From: Patescibacteria group bacterium | GTDB lineage: Bacteria; Patescibacteriota; Kazan-3B-28; UBA10110 | Length of the DNA: 42,666 bases | Direction: 5' to 3' | NCBI GenBank assembly: GCA_041652335.1 | Contig: JBAZHL010000002.1 | Location: 1-42,666, forward strand | In this document: positions 1-9,234 of the stretch, piece by piece | How the letters are laid out: each line of letters begins with the position of its first letter | Position numbering within the stretch: the stretch's first letter is position 1 | The notes under the pieces: model-generated | Databases searched by the model: none | What the model was told of the DNA's origin: nothing | What the model saw: the letters and a program-made list of their open reading frames with translations, nothing else | Position numbers and translations under genes: made by a program

Positions 1-1374
1 TTCGAAGCGGATCTTGTTCCAAATATAGTTGAGGATGATGTACATCCCGATCGGTCGCAGTGATTCTTCCAAGTCGCGAATGTTAAACACCACCAACCCA
101 CGATCGAGATCGAAGTTGGTTGGTTTATTAAATACTCCGGCAAAGGTACCGGTAACATATTTGTCGAGCCGCTGAGCCAAGCTCTCGGCACCAGTCACAT
201 TTTTTAGCACATTATATAGATCCTCCATCGTGGGGGCAGGATTTTTTTGACTATTAATATCGATGGTGATGTCGCGAGAAGCGTAGGTCTCACGGATGGC
301 GCGATCCATCAGTGCGTCTTCTTCGGGAGTGAGCGCGCCTAACATTAAGTTCATCAAGCCCAGGATGGCGATAATAGCCCCTCGGAGATTTTTTTCTCCG
401 TCGGCGTCGGCTCCTAAATCTGGCAGATCAAACGGGTTGATTCGTTTATCGGAGTTAAGGCTGACCGATAGGTAGCTACCGCCAACCGCTTTAGATAGGG
501 TCTCGTATTCGTTTTCTGGGTCGATCACAAAGACATCGGTACCCAACATTAGGCTACGCATGATCTCCAGCTTTACGGCGTAGCTTTTACCACCACCGGA
601 TTTGGAGAATACAACCATGTTGGCGTTTTCGAGCTTAAACCGATCAAACAGGATCAGACTATTATTGTGGCGGTTAATGCCATAAAGGATACCTTCGTTA
701 GTGGTGAGATCGGAGGAAACAAATGGGAAAGTAGTGGCCAAAGAAGAGCTGGTCATATTGCGTAGCACCTGCAGTTGGTCGTAAGCCAATGGCAGGGTAG
801 AGTTAAGCCCCTCTTGCATTTGGAGCAGAGCTTGCTTGGTGTAAACCAATTGACCACCTAAGGCCGTCTCGATCCGATCAGTGGCTAAGTTGAGATCTTC
901 TAAACTCTTACTATATATAGTGAAATACAGGGCGTAGTGGAAGAAGCGCTCTAACCCACGTTGCAGGCGGTCGCGGAGCTCTTCGGCATCTTGATACGCT
1001 ACCTCCAATTCTGGATCACGGATCGCGCCCTTCTCCTCGTTAATGCGAAGAGAGGATTCCATCTCGGTGACTTTGCGACGGAGCAGCTGCATAATGTCCG
1101 AACTTTCCATTGGGTAGATGTGCATCGAGACATCAAAGCCCATATCAAAGTTGATGATCGGACTAAGCCAGTTAGTCTCGACATATTGAGGATAGGTGAG
1201 CACAAATAGTGTCCGGACGTAGTAGCTGTTTAGCTGGAGGTAGTTGGTTTTGAGGGCGATTGAAGTGGGGGCGATCAGATCGCGCACAGAAAATAAGCCT
1301 TGTTCAAAGACCTCCTGCGCTCGGCGTACAGCAGCCTCTTCTGGGTCGACTTTTTTGCGTTTAAATAAAGCCAT
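1..1374 (-). CDS. virB4: VirB4/TrsE-like type IV secretion ATPase, main body (C-terminus runs off the window start)
   Basis: Absent from the ORF track because it has no stop inside the window. My reverse-strand translation from the ATG at 1374..1372 stays open for 458 codons to position 1 (MALFKRKKVDPEEAAVRRAQ...YVRTLFVLTYPQYVETNWLSPIINFD...). Walker A FSKSGGGKSY is encoded near 580-607, followed by VFVIDPENEY. This is the typical pattern of Gram-positive-type VirB4 ATPases. Confidence 0.85.
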   Translation of the reverse strand, partial: MALFKRKKVDPEEAAVRRAQEVFEQGLFSVRDLIAPTSIALKTNYLQLNSYYVRTLFVLTYPQYVETNWLSPIINFDMGFDVSMHIYPMESSDIMQLLRRKVTEMESSLRINEEKGAIRDPELEVAYQDAEELRDRLQRGLERFFHYALYFTIYSKSLEDLNLATDRIETALGGQLVYTKQALLQMQEGLNSTLPLAYDQLQVLRNMTSSSLATTFPFVSSDLTTNEGILYGINRHNNSLILFDRFKLENANMVVFSKSGGGKSYAVKLEIMRSLMLGTDVFVIDPENEYETLSKAVGGSYLSVSLNSDKRINPFDLPDLGADADGEKNLRGAIIAILGLMNLMLGALTPEEDALMDRAIRETYASRDITIDINSQKNPAPTMEDLYNVLKNVTGAESLAQRLDKYVTGTFAGVFNKPTNFDLDRGLVVFNIRDLEESLRPIGMYIILNYIWNKIRFE

Positions 1375-2057
1375 TATGATTCCTTTTCGGCTGCCATCTT
1401 AGTGATAACATCTGCATCTACGGCACTGATATTAAACAGTTTCTGCCGGCGGGCTAAATCTGGGTTGTAGGTAGAGTAGAGTAGATCGATTAGCTCCTCG
1501 GTGTTGAGTAGAGCGCTGCTGAGCCCTAAGGGCGCCAATCCGTTAACTACCAAATTGGCTCGACGGAGCAGCTCGGCTTTGTTCTCCTTAAATTTTCCGC
1601 TGACGGTAACGGCCTGTTTGCTAAATAGGCGAGTAAAAAAGTTACTGGCAGCGGCTAACCCGGGAGAGTAGGGGATCACCACGTAAAAGGTTTTGCTCAT
1701 AATATTAGCTACGCCGATCAACTCTTTGATAAAGTTGGTGTACTCTTGGGTTTGTAGCTGCAACAGTTCGTTGTTTTGCGCACGGCTAATATTGCCTAAA
1801 TGAGTTAGGTAGTTATCTAAATCTAAGATCCGCGATTGGACCACAATTTCGATCGGGAAGCCCAAGGCGTTAAGAAAGCTTTGGTAGTTTTCCAGTAGGG
1901 CGGTCTGTTCATCCTGCGATTTAAGGTTAAAGTTGATCGAGTTAACCATTAAAACGGCCCGTAGGCTGCCGTCCTTCATAACGATCGCCCCTTCTTTAAT
2001 GGACTTGAAGGGGAGATATTTTTGAGTACTGGCGGATGTTTTTTGTTTTTTGGCCAT
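1374..2057 (-). CDS. VirB4 N-terminal-region protein (separate 227-aa ORF)
   Basis: ORF track. LPFKSIKEGAIVMKDGSLRAVLMVNSINFNLKSQDEQTALLENYQSFLNALGFPIEIVVQS resembles the extreme N-terminus of Tn916-ORF16/TrsE-type VirB4 proteins. Its stop TAA overlaps the downstream ATG as TAATG. Confidence 0.6.
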   Translation of the reverse strand: MAKKQKTSASTQKYLPFKSIKEGAIVMKDGSLRAVLMVNSINFNLKSQDEQTALLENYQSFLNALGFPIEIVVQSRILDLDNYLTHLGNISRAQNNELLQLQTQEYTNFIKELIGVANIMSKTFYVVIPYSPGLAAASNFFTRLFSKQAVTVSGKFKENKAELLRRANLVVNGLAPLGLSSALLNTEELIDLLYSTYNPDLARRQKLFNISAVDADVITKMAAEKES

Positions 2058-2062
2058 GGATT

Positions 2063-2602
2063 TTAAACTTCGGTGTCTGATAAGACATCTTCTACCCCCA
2101 AATCGCGTTCGTTGGTGGGTGGAGCGGCGGGTTTGGTTGTGCCTAAATTATTAATTTCGTGGGTGGCGGAGATCTCTGCCACCTCCATTTTACCACCCGT
2201 ATCTAAGATAGTGGCCAATTTTTCGAGTTGGCTTTTGTCGATCGACTTAGCGGCAGTAGGAGTGGTAGCGGTTGGTTTGGCCAATTTAACCGCCATACTA
2301 TCTAAATGATTATTCTTATGCCAGAATCTCTGTTTGGGGGCAGTTAGAAAAGATCCTAAGCTGGCCAGGAAGGTAATAAACGGCCGGCCGTTTATCTGGA
2401 CAAAGGCTAACATCACGGCCAGAGCCATCAGAGCTAAACCGATGACTACGAATTCAGTTATAAACAGATAGCCAATAGCGTAATACTGGTAGGCGATAAA
2501 GGTAAGAGCCGCGCCGCCTAATAGATAGAGGAATTGCTTTAAGGTAAGCGGGCCTACCAGCTTATCTTCTTTATCGATATTTTGAGGGATCTTAGTAGCC
2601 AT
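2063..2602 (-). CDS. PrgI/TcpE-family (VirB3-like) small T4SS membrane protein with Thr/Pro/Ala-rich tail
   Basis: ORF track. N-terminal KIPQNIDKEDKLVGPLTLKQFLYLLGG followed by two hydrophobic helices matches the PrgI/TcpE signature. It lies 5 nt upstream of the virB4 pieces. Confidence 0.6.
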   Translation of the reverse strand: MATKIPQNIDKEDKLVGPLTLKQFLYLLGGAALTFIAYQYYAIGYLFITEFVVIGLALMALAVMLAFVQINGRPFITFLASLGSFLTAPKQRFWHKNNHLDSMAVKLAKPTATTPTAAKSIDKSQLEKLATILDTGGKMEVAEISATHEINNLGTTKPAAPPTNERDLGVEDVLSDTEV

Positions 2603-2607
2603 AATGT

Positions 2608-5280
2608 TTATCTATTTTCTTGTGGCGGTAACTCTGCCTTAGTGTTTTGGCGAATCAGTCTAACTCGCTGCAGGACCTGCGATAAGCGAGTGTTGTTTAA
2701 AGTGGTACCGGTCATGCCAGCGCCCAATCCGCCAGAATCTTGGAAGAACTTATCTAAGTTATTTTTAGTGGTCTGGTCTAACGCACTATCCACGGTCATG
2801 TCGTCAGTTACATCGGCGATATCTCCGACCCGGCTGATCAACTGGTCGTACATGTTATTGGCTCCGGTGTGGATGTTGTCTCTAACAGCTTCCACGGTTA
2901 ACTTAGGATCATCTTCAATCCGCTCTTGGATGAGTAGATCAACGGCTTGTTGATAGCTTTGAGTAGTATCACTTCCTAACTCGGCGCTGACTTGAGCGGA
3001 TAGGTCACCAGCAGTTTGTTGGGCGGAGCGAGTCTCATCTAAGGCAGGTTTGATCCGATCGATCAGTTGTCCAATTGTCATATTCCCGGCTTTAGCCCGA
3101 TCTCGCAGTTGGCGGGATAGTTGGATATCGGCGGGCGACATCTGAGCCTCCTGCGAGATGATGGCCAAGGCGGATATCTCTTCTTCTCTAATAGCAGGGA
3201 TATCCACGCGGAGCTGGGTTTTGCCAATTGCTCTTCCCTCTGAAAGGTCGCTCATAATAGCGGTGCCATCTTCGTGTTGAGCCAAGGCATCGAGAATCTC
3301 AGGGCGAATTTTTTCTAATTCAGCCTGAGCGGCTGGACTTTTAGATAGTTTATCGATCGCGGGGCTCTCGATCATAGTATCGATAGCCTGTTCGTCTAAG
3401 CGGAACGGTTTTAACGCAGCGGTTAGTGTGCCGCGAGCGATCTTTGAACGGGCTTCTGCCTGAGCTAACTGCAGCTCTCGGCTACTGGAAGCGTAATGGG
3501 GAGCGGAGATGCCTCCCGCAGCTTCATCATCCAGATCATCCCGCTGGGTTGGTATGTACTGGTTGCCTCTTTTATCGGCTGGAGGTTCCACGTCGCGACT
3601 ATCCAGATAGTAGGCTTTCATGGTTGGGTCTACTAAGCGATCTCTCTCGAAGGTGGTCAGACGTTTGATGCGGGAAGTTAGCCAGCCCTGGTTATTTTTC
3701 TCATTCTTATCGGCCATAAACTCACCATATAGGTCGGCGTCTGTGATTTTTTGTTGATCGCTTCGGCTATCTTTCATCTTTGGATCTTGCTGATGTATGG
3801 CGTGTTGCATTGAGCGGAGCAACCGGTAGGCGTTATAGCGTTCCTTAGGAACCAGTCTGGTGTTACGAACTACATCATCAGCCACGCGAGCGTTAGTAGC
3901 ATAGTTGATGTAGCTATCTGATGAGTCTAATAGGGTTTTGGCCAATGCGTCATACCCAGCATAGCCGTGCCGTTTAGCAGTTTCTTCGTGAACCTCTCCG
4001 CGAACACCCTTGATTAACCCAGGACGCCACGGATTCCACCCAGCTATATTCAAATCCGCAAGACGGGTGACACCGCGAGCGGCTGCCATGCCAGATTCAC
4101 TTTCTCTGGTTTTTTTCAGTGCTTCCCGGGCTTTTTTGATAGTTGCTGGGATAGCGCCTATTTGGGTTCCAATGTTTCTAAATTTTCCAAATTTTTCACT
4201 ACCGGTAGCTAAGTTCAACAGACCACCGGTGGCACTGCGGGTTAGGCCAATGCCCTTCCCGGCCAGATTTTTGCCGGTGACTGTATCGGCCGCTTGCTTC
4301 CACCCTTTCTGACCCAGGCTGATCATCTTGTTGGGTGATTCCACCAATCCAGTGAGAGAGCCACCTAACTTTAACATCTTAGGCACGGTACCGCCCATAT
4401 AGATCAGAGTCATGCCAATGATGAAGGAAAATAGATCTTTTATGTTATCACCCAGTGAGCCGTTGGGTACATTGATGGAGTTGCTGAGTTCGTAAATAAA
4501 CTCACTGGGTTTACCACTTTCGATCTGTTCAAGCACAAATACTCCCAACGCCAGAATGGCGTAGGTGATTGGCATAGCCAGTAACCACTTGAATACATTC
4601 TCAAACCACTGAGATGCCATTTTTTGAGTTGTAGGTAGCACGCTCAAACCAAACGATAACGGGGCAATGATCAACATCACAAACAGGTTGATAGCTCGCT
4701 CGATCAGCAGTAGGGCTAACTTGATCAATACCCAGGCGGATATGACCATGGCGACTAATACCAAAACAGTGCCATTGCTAAACTGAAAAAAGTGATCCGT
4801 GATCTTGATGCCGGCCAGATCTTTTAGGTAGGTGGTAATATCGGTGAGAGTCACTCCAATTCCGGTAGCGGAAAATAAATAGGACACACTGTTGAGCAGC
4901 GCATTGCCAACCTCAAGTAGGGCATAGAAGATAGGTTGGCTAAGATTGGCTAAAATGGCCATGATGATAAAGCTCCCCAAAAACTTTTTGATGTTGTAGG
5001 TGCCGGTACCAATACGTAGAATAATAGCAATCGAGGCAATTAGTAGCCCCAGGAGCAAAAACCCGTTGGCTAAACTAAGTGCGGCGGCGTGGGCGCCGTC
5101 CAGAGTTTTGGCTAACGCCGAGTCGGAGGAGAAGACCCAGTTGGGTTCGCCTAACAGGATGTCTAATATTTGGTTAACGATCGGCATAATAATGCCGGCG
5201 ATCATCTCAGCGAGCAGACCGATAAATCTGCTTAGTAGCTCTACCAGTCCCATCCCCAATTTAGTGATAAAGTCGCTCAT
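2608..5280 (-). CDS. VirB6/TrbL-like polytopic membrane protein with long hydrophilic C-terminal extension
   Basis: 890-aa ORF. The first ~330 aa carry multiple hydrophobic helices and the remaining ~560 aa are hydrophilic. It is the first gene of the minus-strand T4SS operon, 5 nt upstream of the PrgI-like gene. Confidence 0.55.
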   Translation of the reverse strand: MSDFITKLGMGLVELLSRFIGLLAEMIAGIIMPIVNQILDILLGEPNWVFSSDSALAKTLDGAHAAALSLANGFLLLGLLIASIAIILRIGTGTYNIKKFLGSFIIMAILANLSQPIFYALLEVGNALLNSVSYLFSATGIGVTLTDITTYLKDLAGIKITDHFFQFSNGTVLVLVAMVISAWVLIKLALLLIERAINLFVMLIIAPLSFGLSVLPTTQKMASQWFENVFKWLLAMPITYAILALGVFVLEQIESGKPSEFIYELSNSINVPNGSLGDNIKDLFSFIIGMTLIYMGGTVPKMLKLGGSLTGLVESPNKMISLGQKGWKQAADTVTGKNLAGKGIGLTRSATGGLLNLATGSEKFGKFRNIGTQIGAIPATIKKAREALKKTRESESGMAAARGVTRLADLNIAGWNPWRPGLIKGVRGEVHEETAKRHGYAGYDALAKTLLDSSDSYINYATNARVADDVVRNTRLVPKERYNAYRLLRSMQHAIHQQDPKMKDSRSDQQKITDADLYGEFMADKNEKNNQGWLTSRIKRLTTFERDRLVDPTMKAYYLDSRDVEPPADKRGNQYIPTQRDDLDDEAAGGISAPHYASSSRELQLAQAEARSKIARGTLTAALKPFRLDEQAIDTMIESPAIDKLSKSPAAQAELEKIRPEILDALAQHEDGTAIMSDLSEGRAIGKTQLRVDIPAIREEEISALAIISQEAQMSPADIQLSRQLRDRAKAGNMTIGQLIDRIKPALDETRSAQQTAGDLSAQVSAELGSDTTQSYQQAVDLLIQERIEDDPKLTVEAVRDNIHTGANNMYDQLISRVGDIADVTDDMTVDSALDQTTKNNLDKFFQDSGGLGAGMTGTTLNNTRLSQVLQRVRLIRQNTKAELPPQENR

Positions 5281-5591
5281 AACAATGTTTTAGTTACTGG
5301 GTTAAAACTGATCTGAGATATTAAGCTAATACCCCCTGAGAGGCTCGAAGGGGGATTTAGGGAAGGATTGTATTTGGTATTTGTTTTTTTCATACCTGTT
5401 TGGGTTGGTTTTGACGTTACTTTATTATAGCAGATATTTTTATTTTAGTCAACCCCTTTACCGATAAGCAGAATTAGGGTCGGGGAGTGTGTTTTTGGCC
5501 AGTTGATGGGTGCCTCGTGTTCTTTACAAAATCGGCAATATGTGATGTAATAAAGTAGCTGTAGTATAATGTTTTTAGATAATCAACGCAG

Positions 5592-7070
5592 ATGACTGAT
5601 CCAAAACCCGAGCCTACTCCGCCAAAAATGGACAGCTTGTCGTCGGAGCAGTTGCCAAGCGACCTCCGAGTGGCCGTGTCTGGAGGGGGGATAGACAAGC
5701 CAAATCGTTTGGGTTCTGTGGCGGTACTCCCTGGTGAACCTCGAAAGAAGGGGAACGGATCTAAATGGTTGGCCATTGGCGGTATTGTCCTGTTTGTACT
5801 GTTGCTTTTAACTGGAACGGCCTATTTTCTGTTGGGGAAGGTTAATTTAGGGATCAATCGGGGGACATTAAAACTGACTCTGGATCCGGCGGGGGCGGAC
5901 GTGGTGATCGATGGTAAATTTAAGCGGCAGTCGGTTAGCTCGTTGAACATCAAATTAAAAGCGGGCGAACATACCCTAATAGCCACTAAGGAAGGTTATC
6001 TTGATTGGGAGCAGGAGTTTACTTTATCGGCCAGCGAGACAAAAGAGATCAATTTAAAGTTGGATCCTACCCCAAATATCGAAGTATTGATCGAGGGTAA
6101 CATCGCCTTTCCGGAATTGGTTAGAAACGGGGCGGCGGTGGCCTACCTCACGCCGGGTAGTGGATTTTCGGTAACAGATCTAAGCGTTAAAGAGCAGGCC
6201 GCTTTGTTTGGTGGGGAGATAATCCCACAGACCCAATTGGTCAACTGGGCGCCAGGTGAGCCGATGGCTTTAGTCAAACTCGGTGGTAATCCCAAACTAC
6301 CCAACGTTTACGATAACCGAGGGGTGCGGGGTCGGTTTGTACCGCTGGGCGAGCGACCGGTACAGGGTGCGCCGCGAGATACGGGCATAAGCACGTGGTT
6401 GTTTGATGATGCACGCCAAACCGCTCAGGGATGGCAGCCAGTTTGGTTAAACGAGAGTATTCAAAATCTTGATTTTTCACCGGATGGCAGCCGGATAGTT
6501 TATCTTTATATCACTGCTGACGGCGAGCGATCGTTAGTGGTGGCTCACCCAGACGGAGGGGATTGGGAACGAGTAGCGCTGGAGGTAACCTTGGAAGATC
6601 CGGAGTTGGTTTGGCTGAATAACGACCAATACATTTTGATGATCGATGCCAACGGCAACGACGGCAATGATCAGTTATTTGATTTGGCGAGTAAAAATCT
6701 TAATACGGTGATGCCTGATCGAATAGCAAATACACCGGTGGCCAGCTCACCGGATGGCACTCGGATCTTGTATATATCCGGAGAGAACGGTCGCAAGTTG
6801 GCGGTATGGAACGTGGTCAGCAACTCCCGCGAAAAATTATTTGAGAGCGAGATCGGTGAGAGTACACAGTTTGTGTGGCAGACTGATAATAGGTTTATTG
6901 TTAGTAAGGATGATGGCAGCCTGTGGTATTGGGATCTCAACGGTAAAGAAAAGCCGGTGCAATTTATTAGCGCGGTGGGAGCGCTGGAGCCAGTTCGGTT
7001 ACTTTATTCGATTATTAATCACCAATTGCTGGTAGTTGAGCAGACACGTATTTTAAGTCTGAAGGCTTAA
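5592..7070 (+). CDS. membrane-anchored PEGA-domain / TolB-like beta-propeller protein
   Basis: One TM segment (WLAIGGIVLFVLLLLTGTAYFLL). PEGA-like segment LKLTLDPAGADVVIDGKF...GEHTLIATKEGYLDWEQEF. Repeated SPDGSRIVYLY and SPDGTRILYISGENG propeller-type motifs. The start codon is uncertain because there is no clear SD. Confidence 0.6.
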   Translation: MTDPKPEPTPPKMDSLSSEQLPSDLRVAVSGGGIDKPNRLGSVAVLPGEPRKKGNGSKWLAIGGIVLFVLLLLTGTAYFLLGKVNLGINRGTLKLTLDPAGADVVIDGKFKRQSVSSLNIKLKAGEHTLIATKEGYLDWEQEFTLSASETKEINLKLDPTPNIEVLIEGNIAFPELVRNGAAVAYLTPGSGFSVTDLSVKEQAALFGGEIIPQTQLVNWAPGEPMALVKLGGNPKLPNVYDNRGVRGRFVPLGERPVQGAPRDTGISTWLFDDARQTAQGWQPVWLNESIQNLDFSPDGSRIVYLYITADGERSLVVAHPDGGDWERVALEVTLEDPELVWLNNDQYILMIDANGNDGNDQLFDLASKNLNTVMPDRIANTPVASSPDGTRILYISGENGRKLAVWNVVSNSREKLFESEIGESTQFVWQTDNRFIVSKDDGSLWYWDLNGKEKPVQFISAVGALEPVRLLYSIINHQLLVVEQTRILSLKA

Positions 7071-7074
7071 CGAC

Positions 7075-9231
7075 ATGGCCGACGAAGTAGGAGGGATACA
7101 ACAGTGGTCAACTGGTAGTGGTGATGATGACGATCAGCGCCAACAAAAGGATCGAGATGACTCGAACCAGCCTTCAAATACAAGACGTCAACCCAAAAAA
7201 AAGAGCGAAGACAAACCCAAGAAGTCGGATCAGTCGGGAAAACCTACCGGAAAAGACAAAGACGACGATAAAAAGATCCCTCGAGGCAGCCGGCCCTCTG
7301 GGGCAGATAAAAAGGCAAGCGGTGAACCGCAGCCCAAGCCCGCTCCGACTACTAAGCCAGCGGCTCAACCTTCGGGAGCGGGGAGTGGGGCTGGCCAAGC
7401 CGGAAAGGCGGTAGGTGAAGCTGCCGGTAAAGCGCGAGCAGGGGCAGAAGCGGCCGCCCGGCCTGCGGTTGAGGCGGGGAGACAGGCGGCGGTTCAGGCA
7501 ACAGCCAGGTTGGCAGAGGCAGCGGCCAGGATAGCGGCAGAGGTGGCGGCCAAGGTAGCGAAGGCAACCGAAAAGATAGTCCAAGCGGTAGTTAAATTTT
7601 TGAGTAACCCGTATGTTTTAGCGGCAGTTTTGGTGATCGTAATTGTGATGGTGTTATTCAATATCTTTATGGGATCGGTTAACCAAATTAGTAGTTTGGC
7701 GGGCGGATCGATCTTTGTGCCAGCCGACCATAATAATCCCGCTCATCAGCAGATCGTTAACCGACTAAAAGAAAAGATGAGTGGTTGCGACCCAAAACTG
7801 GTGGTTTATGATGGCGGAATTAGCGATATTGATTGGCAAGTTGATCCGACCAGCGGTGGATACACTCATAAGTTGGACATTAGATTATTGAAGACCTTAG
7901 ATTATTTGACCGACAAACATCGTATTCGGATCGATCTGCTAAAGACTGGCGCTCCAGATCTGGTGCGGGATCTTTTTTTGAAAAAGAAGGCTCAGTATAG
8001 TTCGACTGGCCAGGATGAAGTTGAACAGAAGGAGACTTTGTCGGCTTTTACCACTGGCCAGGCCATGGCGATAGTGGAGATCGACCGAACCAAGATCCCG
8101 GAGCTGCAGTCGGCCGATGTGGCTTGTAACGCGCCGGTGCCGGCGCCGATTGAGGTTGGTTGGCAACGAACGGTGGGGGAAAAAACCATCCGTCCTATCT
8201 GGGAGGAACTGGCTTATGATGTAGGATTTTTGGATAAGAATTATTTTATTTATCAGGGAGTTGCCGGAAGTGATGACCAGATGGCGATCCAACGAGTGGC
8301 GCGCGCATATAAATTAAGCGAACCAGTGGACGGTGCTTATGATCTATACAAGGAGACATTTAACAAGTTGCCTCGCATTGTGGATCTGATTGATCGGGCA
8401 TTAGTCTATGGCCAGAATAATTTTTCGGGCGACCAGGCGTTGGACTCTCGAGCATTAGCGTATCTGCAAAAAGCGAGAGAGAGCTATGCATCGCTGGTGA
8501 CCTTGGTAAGTGGAATAAATAGTGGGATGGCTGAAGAGGAGATCGCGGAGACGATCAAAGAGCTGGGGGCGGATGGCAGTTTGGCCACCATGAGAACGGG
8601 TGCCCGGTTTGTGTATAAAGCCACGCAGGTTAAGAATAGTGTTAACTGGGCCAAGAAGAAAAAAAATGGGGATCTGACTTGGATTAAAGCAGATGAGTCG
8701 CGCAACAAGATCCGCCAGGTATTGGCGGAGCTGTTGGTGATGCCACGGGACACCTCGCTCGAAGGAACCCCAAAGTTGTTTGATAGTAGCTTGGTAGCAA
8801 AACAGATAATTACTTTTTCGCCGGAGGATGATTTAGATAATGGCTTGGAGAACGTGGATGTATTTCCCAGAGGGATTGTATCGGTCAATACGGGTGGAGT
8901 AGCGATGGAGACTCTGTCGGTTGATTCAACTACTGGCAATGCGGTAGGTAATGGGTTAATCGATTATGCCGACAGCCAGTTTAGCCACGCCCCGATCGAT
9001 AACGGTACCTTTAGTAAAAATGGCGCTAACTATATTTACAAACAAGTTCGCCCAGAGGACTCAACCTGGGAAAAGGTGGGCGCCTTTGTTTGGAACTATC
9101 TAACGATGCCAGGGCAGTTATCATCAGCCAATGACAAGCTACACGAGCTAACGGTGGGGGGATGTGTGTCGGGGATGAACGAAAGCTGTCGCAAGGTCAG
9201 CTATAAAGATTTTCTATATGTGGCCTTTTAG
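7075..9231 (+). CDS. 718-aa membrane-anchored protein of unknown function (Lys/Asp-rich then Ala-rich N-terminus, one TM, ~520-aa extracytoplasmic domain)
   Basis: Long ORF starting 4 nt after the preceding stop. Low-complexity residues 1-170, TM segment VLAAVLVIVIVMVLFNIF, then a complex-composition domain. Confidence 0.75.
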   Translation: MADEVGGIQQWSTGSGDDDDQRQQKDRDDSNQPSNTRRQPKKKSEDKPKKSDQSGKPTGKDKDDDKKIPRGSRPSGADKKASGEPQPKPAPTTKPAAQPSGAGSGAGQAGKAVGEAAGKARAGAEAAARPAVEAGRQAAVQATARLAEAAARIAAEVAAKVAKATEKIVQAVVKFLSNPYVLAAVLVIVIVMVLFNIFMGSVNQISSLAGGSIFVPADHNNPAHQQIVNRLKEKMSGCDPKLVVYDGGISDIDWQVDPTSGGYTHKLDIRLLKTLDYLTDKHRIRIDLLKTGAPDLVRDLFLKKKAQYSSTGQDEVEQKETLSAFTTGQAMAIVEIDRTKIPELQSADVACNAPVPAPIEVGWQRTVGEKTIRPIWEELAYDVGFLDKNYFIYQGVAGSDDQMAIQRVARAYKLSEPVDGAYDLYKETFNKLPRIVDLIDRALVYGQNNFSGDQALDSRALAYLQKARESYASLVTLVSGINSGMAEEEIAETIKELGADGSLATMRTGARFVYKATQVKNSVNWAKKKKNGDLTWIKADESRNKIRQVLAELLVMPRDTSLEGTPKLFDSSLVAKQIITFSPEDDLDNGLENVDVFPRGIVSVNTGGVAMETLSVDSTTGNAVGNGLIDYADSQFSHAPIDNGTFSKNGANYIYKQVRPEDSTWEKVGAFVWNYLTMPGQLSSANDKLHELTVGGCVSGMNESCRKVSYKDFLYVAF

Positions 9232-9234
9232 GGC

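Noticed and set aside
961-1209. 82-aa (+) and 68-aa (-) ORFs from the track
   Set aside because: Both lie entirely inside the long open VirB4 reading frame on the minus strand, which carries a Walker A motif and a family-typical sequence. Their own translations are low-quality.
7118-7584. Several overlapping ORFs (98 aa +, 136 aa -, 71 aa -) in the 5' part of the 7075 gene
   Set aside because: They arise from the GC-rich, Ala/Lys low-complexity coding stretch. Their translations are Arg/Pro/Leu-rich nonsense typical of off-frame reads.
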